A stretch of 64,000 nucleotides of DNA from Octopus sinensis (Eukaryota), in contig NC_043010.1 of NCBI RefSeq assembly GCF_006345805.1, positions 50,902,001-50,966,000 on the forward strand, written 5' to 3'. Made by a program: the position numbers and the translations under genes. Below, piece by piece: positions 52,607 to 64,000 of the stretch; positions within the stretch are counted from its first letter, which is position 1, and each line of letters starts with the position of its first letter. Below the pieces are notes generated by a model. That model was not told the origin of the DNA. It ran no database searches and was given only the letters and a program-made list of their open reading frames with translations.

Positions 52607-52639
52607 TTTAACGTTTCGAGCAGAGCTCTTCGTCAGAAA
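52607..52639 (-). ncRNA. Minimal hammerhead motif in a Penelope-like repeat (52297-52790)
   Basis: ttt-CTGACGA-A-GAGC tct GCTC-GAA-ACGT-T^aaa. Confidence 0.65.
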
Positions 52640-53732
52640 CATAGAAAGAGAGGAAAGGTCAAGGAAGGAAGGAAGACGGGAGAAAAAAAAAAATCACCAA
52701 CGATACACACGCGGTCACATATTTACAGTTGGGCACAAGTGAAAAACACCATTTATCTACACACGGATATAATTGAAGAAAATTAGTAGAATTATATGTG
52801 TGTGTGTGTGTGTGTGTGTGAGTGTTTGTGTGTTTGTCCCCCACCATCGCTTGACAACCAATACTGGTGTGTTTACATCCCTGTAACTTAGCAGTTCGGC
52901 AAAAGAGACTGATAGAATAAGTACTAGGCTTACAAAGAATAAGTCCTTGGGTCGATTTGTTCAACTAGAAGGCAGTGCTCTAGCATGGCCGCAGTCAAAT
53001 GACTGAAACAAACAAAAGAAAGAATAGAATAAAGGATGCAGGAAGGATTGCAGTCTCAGATGGTCATGCTTGAGAGTCCATCAGGAAAGTGTAATGATGC
53101 CGTGGGTAGTAAAGACCCCCCATGGAAAGTGATAAAACCCTGTGGAGCAGGTGCTTGAGTATTCCACAATGATCCCCCAGGAATAGTGGGTGGGGAAAAT
53201 GGATGGACGAAATAAATATTTCACAGTTGTACAATTTTTTCAATACTAAAACATTTTTCTCAACCTTTGAAAAATGCTTCAGCAATATATATATATACAT
53301 ATATATAATTATATTTTAAAATATGTACTGATATAAAATCTCTTAACTGACACAATGACCCCACTCCCTTCTTAGTACTACTCCCCCTCCCAGCCAAGGA
53401 GTTTTGTCTAGCAAGTTGCTTGTTGACTCTGTCCAGTGCTCATGCCATGTAAAAGGCACTCAGTTCACTCTGTTAAGTGGTTGGCATCCAGCAGTAGAAA
53501 ACATGCCAAAACAGACAATGAAGCCTGGTGCAGTTCCCCGCCTTACTAGCTCTTGTCACATCATTCAACCAATGCCAGCATGGAATACAGACATTAAATG
53601 ATGATGATTATATATCATATAATATATTATATGATCAGTAAAAATTTAGATTCGGATGAATATGGTACTTAAGTTGAGGCACTAAAATTCAGTACGGTAT
53701 TATCCATACAATTTCAAAATAAGGTGATTAAA

Positions 53733-54150
53733 ATCAAAATAAGCAACAAGGATATCCAGAGGTAATGCAGTACGATTGTTTCATGCGACTCCATTTAATT
53801 GAACAATGCAATCATTTCATTACATCAATTTAAAATGTAGAGCAATTTTCAGCTGCACAAAGACATAGAATTTAATTAAATTAGAAGGACACATGAGTAT
53901 AATTTTACCTAAAATCTCCAAGAGGATAGGGAGATAGACAAAGAACATGTTTTCTCCTTATCCTCTGGGAGATTTTAGGTAAAATTATATTAATGTGTCC
54001 TTCTAATTTAATTAAATTCTATGTCTTTCTGCAGCTGAAGATTGCTCTACATTTTAAATTGATGTAAAGAATTGCATTGTTCAATTAAATGGAGTTGCAT
54101 GAAACGATCGTACTGCATTACCTCTGGACATCCTTGTTGCATATTTTGAT
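53733..54150. repeat. ~418-bp near-perfect palindrome (foldback/MITE)
   Basis: ATCAAAATAAGCAACAAGGATATCCAGAGG... mirrored by ...CCTCTGGACATCCTTGTTGCATATTTTGAT; loop of about 7 nt near 53941-53947. Confidence 0.9.
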
Positions 54151-54249
54151 AATCTATCTATCTATCTATATCTATATATATAAAGAGAGGGGGGGAGAGA
54201 GAGGGAGGATGGAGGGAAAATCGAAACAAACCTTCAATGGTTTTTATTC

Positions 54250-54830
54250 GTTAAGTCATCATGGAAGCAATTTAATTCCCATGCACATTGTTAAGGGCAA
54301 TCTAGGCTGATGAAGCTCAACTATCCACCACAAGGTCCAGTCCTTGTTATGATGTGGTAGCTTGCATGCCTCAATGACCCTGAAAGCTATGCCAATGATG
54401 TGCAAGCTTCAGGTACGTCTTTCAGTGCTGGACAAATCAAAGGATAGAGACTAAACTAATATTGAACATCTCTTCCCAAAGGTAAAAATGGATTCACATA
54501 GGGCCAACATTCCTACCCAGATAAAAAACAAAGTTACAAAAGAATTGGTGACAATTCAAAACCACAAAGACCTGATAAGGGAAGGCTATCTCTCAGGGGT
54601 AAACATATGATACATCAGGTCCTGACTTGGAACCCAGAAGGGAGGCGGAAGAGAGAATACCATGAAAATTGCTAGATGTGGGACACTGAAGCTGAGTTTT
54701 TTTTTTTTTTAAATAAAGCAGGGATCCAATTGGAGAAAAGCAGAAAAAACACCCCAGAGTTGAGAACAGTGGAGCAAAGCTGTTGATAGTCAGTGCTCCA
54801 CAGAGAGTGATAGGGGCCCAACTATCATAA
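54250..54830 (+). mobile_element. Decayed, internally deleted RTE-type LINE
   Basis: 3' part reads VLTWNPEGRRKR...WSKAVDSQCSTES, an RTE C-terminus pattern. Confidence 0.55.
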
Positions 54831-55455
54831 GAGTGTAGCCAGATGTTGTTGGTAACTCAGAATCAAACCTGATAAGTTGAAGACGACCAGAAACTGAATA
54901 TGAAATTTTAATTGCAAGTGATCTGCTAACAAACATGTATTACTGACTTGGTTCCTTATTGTCACCATGAAAGTAGCAGATGTCCACAGTACTTGCAATA
55001 ACCAATAGCTCATTCAAATAGGGTAGAGTGAGCTTCATCATTCATTATTTAATGTCCATTTTTCCATGCTTGCATGGATTGGATGGAATTAGTTGAGGCA
55101 GATTATCTGTGGCCAGATGTTCTTGCTGTCGTCAACTCTGACCTGTTCCCCATGGCCAGACAAGTATTCCATGGAAGATTGGAAGCAAATAACATTATTC
55201 CTATGATGGTGATAGTCATTTACAAACATCATGTGATGTTTAGACAAGGTCACACAAACACACACATACACAGCAGGCTTCTTTCAGTTTCTTTCTGCCA
55301 AATTGATAAGATTTTGATCAGTTAGGGGCTAAAGTAGAAAACACTTGCCCAAAGAGCTGTGCAGTGGGACTGAACCTAAGATCACATGGTTAGGAAACTA
55401 CCTTGTTAACTACACACCCACATCCACACAATGATAAAGTTAAATAAATATTCAA

Positions 55456-55760
55456 TTTTTGTTGTATCTTGGGAGGGCTATTATTCCAATTATAAACACA
55501 CACACACACAGGTTCTATTTCACTTCTTTTAGTCAATTGGTTAGCTTTTAACTAACTAACTAACCAATTGTTTGATTAATCATTCAGTTAATCAATCCAT
55601 TTATCAAAATCCTTTTGTTGCCATTCATGACCTCATCAATGACGTGCCCATTCTATTCCAAGCCAGCATCAAATCACTAGCATAATGACTCACCAAGGTA
55701 CAACAAAATTTGTTTCAGTGCACTAGTTTACGTCAAGAATTTCGCAAACCAAATACAAAA
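55456..55760. mobile_element. Asymmetric foldback element, divergent member
   Basis: TTTTGTTGTATCTTGG ... CCAAGGTACAACAAAA, then the CAAGAATTTCGCAAACCAAATAC tail; degenerate flanking repeat AATAA.AT.CAATT. Confidence 0.55.
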
Positions 55761-58116
55761 ACAATAACATCCAATTATTTTGACGAAATAAGAGCCATAT
55801 GTTTTGAATGACAGGTAACAGTATGTGAAGGTAAATACAAAAATACACCGTTACACTAACTCATAATATTTCTCACAAATTCTCCCCATCACCTCTTTTA
55901 CTCTTTTACTTGTTTCAGTCAGTTGACTGCGGCCATGCTGGAGCACCACCTTTAGTCGAGCAACTCGACCCCGGGACTTATTCTTTGTAAGCCCAGTACT
56001 TATTCTATAGGTCTCTTTTGCCGAACCACTAAGTGACGGGGACATTAAACACACCAGCATCGGTTGTCAAGCAATGCTTGGGGGACAAACATAGATACAC
56101 AAACATACACGCACACACATATATATATATATATACATATATACGGCGGGCTTCTTTCAGTTTCCTTCTACCAAATCCACTCACAAGGTTTTGGTCGGCC
56201 CCGAGGCAATAGTAGAAGACATTTGCCCAAGGTGCCACGCAGTGGGACTGAACCCGGAACCATGTGGTTGGTAAGCAAGCTACTTATCACACAGCCATTC
56301 CTGCGCCTATACATTTCAGTCAATCAATGGTCATGTCTAGCTAGTAAGAAAGCTGTCTCCCACCCCTAGCACCCAACAGAAAATTATTAATTTCCTTTGT
56401 TGTTTATCCTCCTCCTCTTCTTTTACATTCGTTTTTCCATACTGGCATGGGTTGAACTGTTTGACCAGAGCTGGCAAGCTGGAGGGCTGCACCAAGTTCT
56501 AGTCTGATTTGACTGGGTTTCTAAAGCTGGATGCCCTTCCTAATGCCAACCACTTTACAGTGTGTGCTGGGTACTTTTAACATGGCACTGGCATGAGTGC
56601 ATTTTATGTGAAACTGGCACACAACTCTTGCAAGCCAATCCTTTCAACCAAGAAGAGTGGCCTTAATATTTCTTATTTCTTTATTGCCCACAAGGGGCTA
56701 CACACAGAGGGGACAAATAAGGACAGACAAATGGATTAAGTCAATTACGTCGACCCCAGTGCATAACTGGTACTTATTTAATCAACCCCAAAAGGATGAA
56801 AGGCAAAGTCGACCTTGGCAGAATTTGAACTCAGAACTTAGTGGCAGACAAAATACCTATTTCTTTACTGCTCACAAGGGGCTACACACAGAGGGGACAA
56901 ACAAGGACAGACAAAAAGATTAAGTAGATTATATCGACCCCAGTGTGTAACTGGTACTTATTTAATCGACTCCGAAAGGATGAAAGGCTAAGGTGACCTC
57001 GGCGGAATTTGAACTCAGAACGTAGTGGCAGACAAAATACAGCTAAGCATTTCGCCTGGCATGCTAACGTTTCTGCTAGCTTGCTTTAATATTTCTGCTG
57101 TGGCGGACAGGTCTTCTTGAGTACAGTAAGGTGCCAAAAATCAAAACCAAATAACAATGAGCAAGAAGCCTTAACTATTTAAAATTCAGATTAGTGTCAA
57201 ATCTAACACAATTTTGAATTAATCATGCTTTATCTTGTAGATCCAAGATTTCAATGATGTGACTATTGAATTTTAAAATGACATTGTAGGGTAGATGTGA
57301 AAGGCCAGATCTGGCCAGTTTCAATGTAAAACGGGTAGGATATTTAGGTTGGATATGCCAGTTTAAATGCTAAAGGATTAAACCTAGACATACATCCAAC
57401 AGTATGTCTTTACATGGACACTTGATCTTCTAGAAATAGTAACCAAATTTCTCAAATCTCGTCTGACTGTCCTAATTTCTCCCCACCACAAAAAAAAAAA
57501 ATGGAAGGACACATTACATAATGTAGTTTTATACATGGTATCTTTAATTTTTTACCTTTTATTTGTTTCAGTCATTGGACTGTAACCATACTGGTGAACT
57601 GCCTTGAAGGGTTTTAGTTGAAGAAATTGAACCCAGCACTTTTTCTTTTTAAGTCTGGTACTTATTCTATTGGTCACTTTTGCCAAACTTATGGAGATGT
57701 AAACAAACCAACACTGCTTATCAAGTAGTGGGGGTGACACAAACACAGGCACAAAGACAAACAAACACACACACACAGAAGTTAGGCTTCCACATAGTTT
57801 CAATCTAACAAATTAACTCACAAGAGCATTTGTCAGCCACCAAGGGTTACAGTAGAAGACACTTGCCCAAGGTGCTGCGTAGAGGGAATGAACCTGGAGC
57901 TGCATGGTTGCAAGATGAGCTAAAGACAAAAACAAAAAAAAAAGGCAAGAAAAAATAAATAGTCACAACATGAACGCTTTTTATCAAGCGTTCACAATTA
58001 TGATCTGAGGCTAAACAATTGAAACAATAGCAACACACAACAAATACATATTTGTATGCCAAACTAATATTTAAAGCCTTCACCACTCCCACAAAAATAC
58101 AGAAAACAGTTACTAC

Positions 58117-58292
58117 CTCCATGTGGGTGTTCTCTCGTCGGCTGGAATACATCAAACGTCAATGTTGCTCCGTCTTCCATCTTTAGTTCCCGTCTTTCTT
58201 TCCAGTTGTCCACGTCTTTGTTTCGCCCACGCACACCACAAACCAACGTCTGTATGTGGCCGTTCTTTCCCCATAGTAACAGTGGGATGTAA
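58117..58292 (-). CDS. ABHD2: ABHD2-type hydrolase exon (YIPLLLWGKNGHIQTLVCG...MEDGATLTFDVFQPTREHPHG)
   Basis: ttccag|T TAC...GGAG|gtagt, 176 bp; matches YIPPLIWGKSGHIQT...MSDGATSTFDLFEP of ABHD2. The upstream N-terminal exon was not located. Confidence 0.92.
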
Positions 58293-58570
58293 CTGGAAAA
58301 GTGAAATAAAACAATATATTAATAAATAAATAGATAAAGCAGATTGGGCAGAGTAGCTTAACCCTTTTAATATTCAGAGTACCCCATAAAATTTAATGGT
58401 TTTTGATGGAAAGGAGAAAACGAAAAGTCCAAATTACGGAGGTGTACTTGCATAGCAAGTGACCTGATCTGAGATTGTGTGCTGAAACGAAAACAATTGC
58501 AGCGTGGAAGGTGTTTGTAAGCCATTTAAGAAACACACAAAAGCCTTTCGATTCACTTCAACATTTAAGT

Positions 58571-58791
58571 TTAACCCTTTCATTACTGTAATTATTTTGA
58601 GATGCTTTGTGTTTCGTTCAATTTATTTTAAATATAACAAAGAATTTAGTAAAATAACTTAGTTATCATTCAGCTGGTGTTAGGAACATAAATTGTGAGT
58701 AAGGTTTGGTGGAAGATTTTAATTCAAAACTTATGAAAACAAGATATTTTACCAGAGCCGGTTTTGGCCGGGTTAGTAACAAAAGGGTTAA
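58571..58791. mobile_element. piggyBac-like MITE family 2
   Basis: TTAA-CCCTTT...AAAGGG-TTAA; second copy at 61474-61701. Confidence 0.8.
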
Positions 58792-58906
58792 TTTGTCAAA
58801 ATATTTTCATCACTTTAAGACCGCGACCTGTTCACTGACAAAAAGTCCAAAGAAGGAAAAGAAATCACCAACAGCACATGTGTAATTACGTAGCTGAAGT
58901 ATATAT

Positions 58907-58954
<48 letters not shown>

Positions 58955-59169
58955 ATATATAAATCATACATTTACAAGAAGAGGAGTGACAATGACTTTG
59001 AAGTTTTGGCTGGTTAGCCTTGGCTGGATAGTCGGGCCTCAGGCTGAAACTTTGAAGTGACTGTCAACCCTCTTCTTGTAAAAGTATAAATATGTAATCT
59101 ACAAAAAGAAGTATTAATTCTTTATTTTAATACAAAATTGTTTTTATTGTAACTCATAAAAACAACCAT

Positions 59170-59223
59170 TTATAGATAGACAGATATATAGACAGATAGA
59201 CAGACAGATAGACAGACAGATAT

Positions 59224-59262
<39 letters not shown>

Positions 59263-59440
59263 TACAGACAGACATACAGACAGATATACAGATAGATATA
59301 CAGATAGATATACAGACAAACAGATATACAGAGAGATATGCAGGTATACAGATATGCAGATAGACAGATAGATAGATAGATAGATATACAGATATACAGA
59401 TAGATAGATATACAGATAGATAGCTAGACAGACAGACAAA
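59170..59440. repeat. (GATA/GACA)n compound repeat
   Basis: Direct reading of the sequence. Confidence 0.9.
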
Positions 59441-59491
59441 AAAACAGATTGGTTGAGCATTTCTTTGGGATTAGTCAAAATGATATAAACA

Positions 59492-59532
59492 CCTCTGATG
59501 AGAATTCAATAAGATTCGAAAATCGATTAAGG
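59492..59532 (+). ncRNA. Minimal type I hammerhead ribozyme motif, intact
   Basis: cct-CTGATGA-GAATT caataa GATTC-GAA-AATCGATT-A^agg; perfect 8-nt palindromic stem III. Confidence 0.75.
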
Positions 59533-61258
59533 CTGTTCATTTTTTAAATCTACAGAGAAATAGTTAAATTTGCCCTGATTATATATCTCCTATAGAAGTT
59601 ACACGCACATACACACACACTGTAAAGTGGTTGGCATTAGGAAAGGCATCCAGCTGTAAAAACCATGCCAAGCCAGAGACCGTGGAGCATGGTGCAGTCC
59701 TTTGACTTTCCAGCTCCTGTCAAACTGCCCAATCCATGCCAGTGTCGAAGTTGGATGTTAAATGATGGTGATAATGACAATATATGTGTGTGTGTGTGTA
59801 TGTGCGGTGTATAAGTGTGTGTGTGCATGTTTGTATACTCTTATATATGTGTGTGTGTGGTGTATAAGTGTGTGTGTATGTATACTCTTGTCTAGACATC
59901 ACATCCTGATGGGTGTAAATAAGCATCATCATCATACAAGCAAAGTTGTTTGTTTAGGGGCAGTGCTTTTGGCTTTGCTGTATAAGCCTGTATAAAGGCA
60001 GGGGAACAGGAAACTGGGGGTGGGACACTTAAGACCTGCCTCAGGAGACACAAACACACTAGCTAAAGCCAATCCCATTATCTCATTGACCGACTGGAGT
60101 TGAACTCTAGATCAGACTTGACCCAATAAACCTATGATCAATGATATTCCAGCCATGGCTATGCTAACTTATTTTAGGGGTGTAAGGGTATCTAGGACTA
60201 TAATATCCAATGTGACCTTTCCTTATTTAACACAGTTGGTTGTGTTTTATTGGATATTTGGTAGCTATTTCTGAGAGGTTGAGCAATCAAGTAGTACTGC
60301 TCTCATTGTGAGTGGAGTGGAGTGAGTGAGTGAAAGTGGCATGGAGTGTGGGCAGTGTAGAGTACAAATGGTGTGGAGATGAGTGTGAGTAGCATGGAGA
60401 TAAGTGTGTGACATGGAGCAAGAGTGGCACAGTGTTTAAGTGAAGCTTGAGTGGAGCATGAGTGGAGTTTGAGCAAAGTGTGTATGTGAGATGTTTTACT
60501 GCTTGTGGGGTACATGTTTTTCATATGAACACGTGTGCTCACCTACACAGCCTCACCCCATTACTACACACCCACCACCACCACCACCAACAAAGAAAAG
60601 TAGATTTAAAGAAAGAGCTATCACAAAGAAATGAGGCAACCCAAATATTGCAGGGGGGGCATGTAAGCATAAAAAGTACAGTAGCAAAAGTGAGGAAGAT
60701 AGGGTAGGAAGTGTATCAAATATTTGTTGATAACCTAGAAACTAAAACAGATTTAGACATGTTCTAGATTATAACCCTGTTTAGCTTGCTTAAGATAAAA
60801 AAAAAAATTTTTTTAAACCTTCCTGTCTGGCCTCAAATAGACTTATGATCAAAAACATTCCAACTGTGCCCATCTTGTCTGGTCTTTTTCAAGTATGGCA
60901 GGTACAGAAGTTGTGTGGTTAAGAAGCTTGCCTGGCAATCACATGGTCTCAGGTTCAGTCCCATTACACTGCACCTAGAGCAAGTGTCTACTACAGCTCC
61001 AAGCTGATTAAAGCTGTGCGAGTGGATTTGATAGAATGAAACTGAAAGGCGGCGAGCTGGCAGAAACGTTAGCACGCCGGGCGAAATACGTAGCCATATT
61101 TTGTCTGCTGTTACATTCTGGGCTCAAATTCTGCCATGGTTGACTTTGCCTTTTATCCTTTTGGCGTCGATAAATTAAGTACCAGTTACGCACTGGGGTC
61201 GATGTAATCAACTTAATCCCTTTGTCTGTCCTTGACACACAAACATATACACACATAC

Positions 61259-61295
<37 letters not shown>

Positions 61296-61473
61296 TACAA
61301 CAGGCTTCTTTCAGTTTCCATCTACTAAATCCACTCACAAGGCTTTGGTCAGCCCGAGGCTGACCAGTTTTCTGGGTTCCAGGACTCAGAAATATACTGG
61401 AAGTTATTTTACGTAAAGGATCTTGTACATAACTCAAAAACATTTGTGTTACAATGGACTGTTTTCACAATAT

Positions 61474-61701
61474 TTAACCCTTTCGTTAACATATTTATTT
61501 TGAGATGCTCTGCGTTTCCTTCAATTATTTTAAATATAACAAAGAATTTAGTAAAATAACTTAGTTACCATTCTGCTAGTGTTACGAACATAAATTGTGA
61601 CTAAGGTTTGGTGGAAGATTTTATTTCAGAACTTATGAAAACAAGACATTTGTACTTAGAGCCAGAGCCCGTTTCAGCCAGTTTGGTAATGAAAGGGTTA
61701 A
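61474..61701. mobile_element. piggyBac-like MITE family 2, second copy
   Basis: TTAA-CCCTTTCGTT...GAAAGGG-TTAA; body matches 58571-58791. Confidence 0.8.
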
Positions 61702-61774
61702 GGTATGAACTTTAACATTATATAGAAATACAAGAATGTAATTAGATACTAAAAGATATTGAGATCTAATACTT

Positions 61775-61820
61775 CACCATACTTGTATTTCGTAACCATA
61801 GTTCACATCATCAGGCATAG
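61775..61820 (-). ncRNA. Decayed hammerhead-like motif
   Basis: tgc-CTGATGA-T-GTGAAC tatg GTTAC-GAA-ATAC aa GTAT-G-gtg; position 17 is G and stem I is weak. Confidence 0.45.
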
Positions 61821-64000
61821 TGGGGCAACATTCAAATATGTACCTGTATCTTATTACATTACATACCAGTCTTTTACATAATTTGAAGAAAAATTTGACC
61901 CAATATTAAGCAAAATGTCAGTGAATGAAAACAAAAAGGAAAATTTTCTCTATAACTATCGCTATAGCTACCATAGCTAAAAGGAGCTGTTGTTGCTATG
62001 TACTTATGTGTGAGCATGTCTGAACATATTTGTACAGCTTTTCATCTTTTCTTTGTCTCTTGGGGTTTTTTTTTTTTTGGTGTAAATGATTGGTTTCTGC
62101 ATATAACAAGTGGCTCATCTAAAATATCCTCATCAACATCACCATCATCATGAACATCACTACCACCATTATCAATGTCAGTTTACCAATCCACTTTTCC
62201 ATGCTTGCACGAGGCAGATGAAGGGCACATGGCTCAGTGGTTAGAACACCAGGTTCACAATCATGAGTAATGGGTTCAATTCTCAAACCGGGCTGTGTTG
62301 TGTTCTTGAGTAAGACACTTTATTTCACATTGTTCCAGTTCACTCATCTATAGAAATGAGTTGTGACATCACTGGTGCCAAGCTGTATTGGATAACATCA
62401 ATGGTGTGGTGGTGCCAAACTGTATTGGATAACATCAATGGTGTGAAGAGAGGCTGGTATGCATGGGTAACTGCTGGTCTTCCATAAACAACCTCGCCTG
62501 GACCTGTGCCATAGAGGGTAACTTTCTAGGTGTAATACCATAGTCATTCATGACCAAAGGGGTCTTTTATCCTACTCTACAACCAAATTCCCTTTTGTCT
62601 TGCTAACCTTCACCTGTTTCCAAGTAAGGCAATAATTCCCCCAAGGCAAGACATGTTTCTTATGGAAAGCTGGAAACGAACAACCTTGCTTGTATGATCA
62701 CATGGTGTGTTGACAAGAGTAAGGGTACACACAAACAAACACGCAGACAACAGGCTTCCTTCAGTTGCTGATAACAAATTCACTTACAAGGCTTTGGTTG
62801 GCCTTGCACTTGTCCAAGGTGCTGCACAGTGGGACTGAACCCAAGACTACATGATTGGGAAGCAAGCTTCTTAATCACACATGCCTGTGCATTACTACAC
62901 ACACACACATGTGCACACATGCAGACACAGGCATGCACACACTGATGGCAAGCTTCCTTCAGTTTCTTATTTTTTTAATAATTATTTTTAAAAAATTTTT
63001 TATAGCCCACAAGGGGTTAAATATAGAGGGGACAAACAAGGACAGACAAATGGATTAAGTTGATTACATCGACCCCAGTGCATAACTGGTACTTAATTTA
63101 TCGACCCCGAAAGGATGAAAGGCAAAGTCGACCTCAGCAGAATTTGAACTCACAACACAGCTGTGAACAAAATACCACAAAGTATTTCACCTGGCATGCT
63201 AACATTTCTGCCAGCTCTGTCTACCAAATCCATTCACAAGCTTTATCCAGTCCAGAGCTATAGTAGAAGACATTTACCTCAGGTGCTACACAGCCACACC
63301 TGCACCTATCATGTATGTTAAATGTCAGTCATTTTGTTATGGTGATTGCTTCAATGGTGGTCCAATCTTGTAGTTTGCGCTGAAGTGAAGTGTCAGAATG
63401 GCTTTTACACAAATTGGCCTGTGCTCTCAAACTTTTGGGGAGAACCTGGCCTTGAGGATTGTACTTCTTTGGATAAAACGTTTGGTAGAGCATTTTGCTT
63501 TCTATTCTGTATTTGGTTTTATTTTGGAAACACTGCTCCACAGAAACCTGAATGCCATCTTTGTGATTGCTGCTGTCATTATCACAAATAATTGACTCAC
63601 CTACATTACCATCAAACCAACACAATTTATCATTACAATCACCTTATCAGTACTACCATCACAACATCAATATCACAGGTATCACCATTATCATCATCAT
63701 TGCTCTTACCATCATCATCATAATCATTGTTGTAATTACCAACACCACCACCACCATCATTGTCATCTCATTTCAATGCCTGTTCCTTGAAGTTTACACA
63801 CTTTAAACAAGTACGGTCACCTTAGCAACAGTGGTATGGAGATGGCGACCTGTTAAGTATATAGAGCTTTACAAGTGTAGCTTTATGTGAGATAGATATC
63901 TTTTCTCTTGTCCAGGTACTGAGAAAAAGAGAGTGTATGGGGCGGGGGGTGAGACAGAGAGAATGATAAGAGAAAATGTTACTAAGGGAGTTGAGAACAT

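Noticed and set aside
61780-61846. Possible ABHD2 first coding exon (YIFECCPTMPDD...) on the minus strand
   Set aside because: No phase-2 donor, no upstream hydrophobic N-terminus in frame, and the stretch is better explained as a hammerhead-like relic.
63329-63625. 98-aa minus-strand ORF as an exon or LINE protein
   Set aside because: No recognisable motif or convincing splice context; cannot be supported without a search.

Overview
AT-rich, repeat-dense eukaryotic DNA. The SINE/LINE/MITE content and (TA)n/(TG)n load suggest an Octopus-type cephalopod genome (inference). Two convergent multi-exon genes were reconstructed by hand with GT-AG junctions and consistent phases. TRAPPC12/TTC15 (+) contributes its last 9 coding exons (63-11941). 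An ABHD2-type alpha/beta hydrolase (-) contributes 7 coding exons (58292 down to 23405) with an intact Ser/Asp/His triad; its N-terminal exon was not found. The rest is mostly tRNA-derived SINEs, CR1/RTE/HERO LINE relics, mariner/maT relics, piggyBac-like and Helentron-like non-autonomous elements, and microsatellites. The best lead is a set of six minimal hammerhead-ribozyme motifs of the Penelope-like-element type, four with an intact core and two decayed. Two of them sit at the outer ends of a ~1 kb + ~1 kb inverted duplication (49727-52296) inside an ABHD2 intron. Also notable: a family of asymmetric foldback elements with 11-14 bp target-site duplications, a perfect local hairpin in a short ABHD2 intron, and a decayed unidentified reading frame that appears only after two insertions are removed. 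All calls are by eye; no searches or folding were run.
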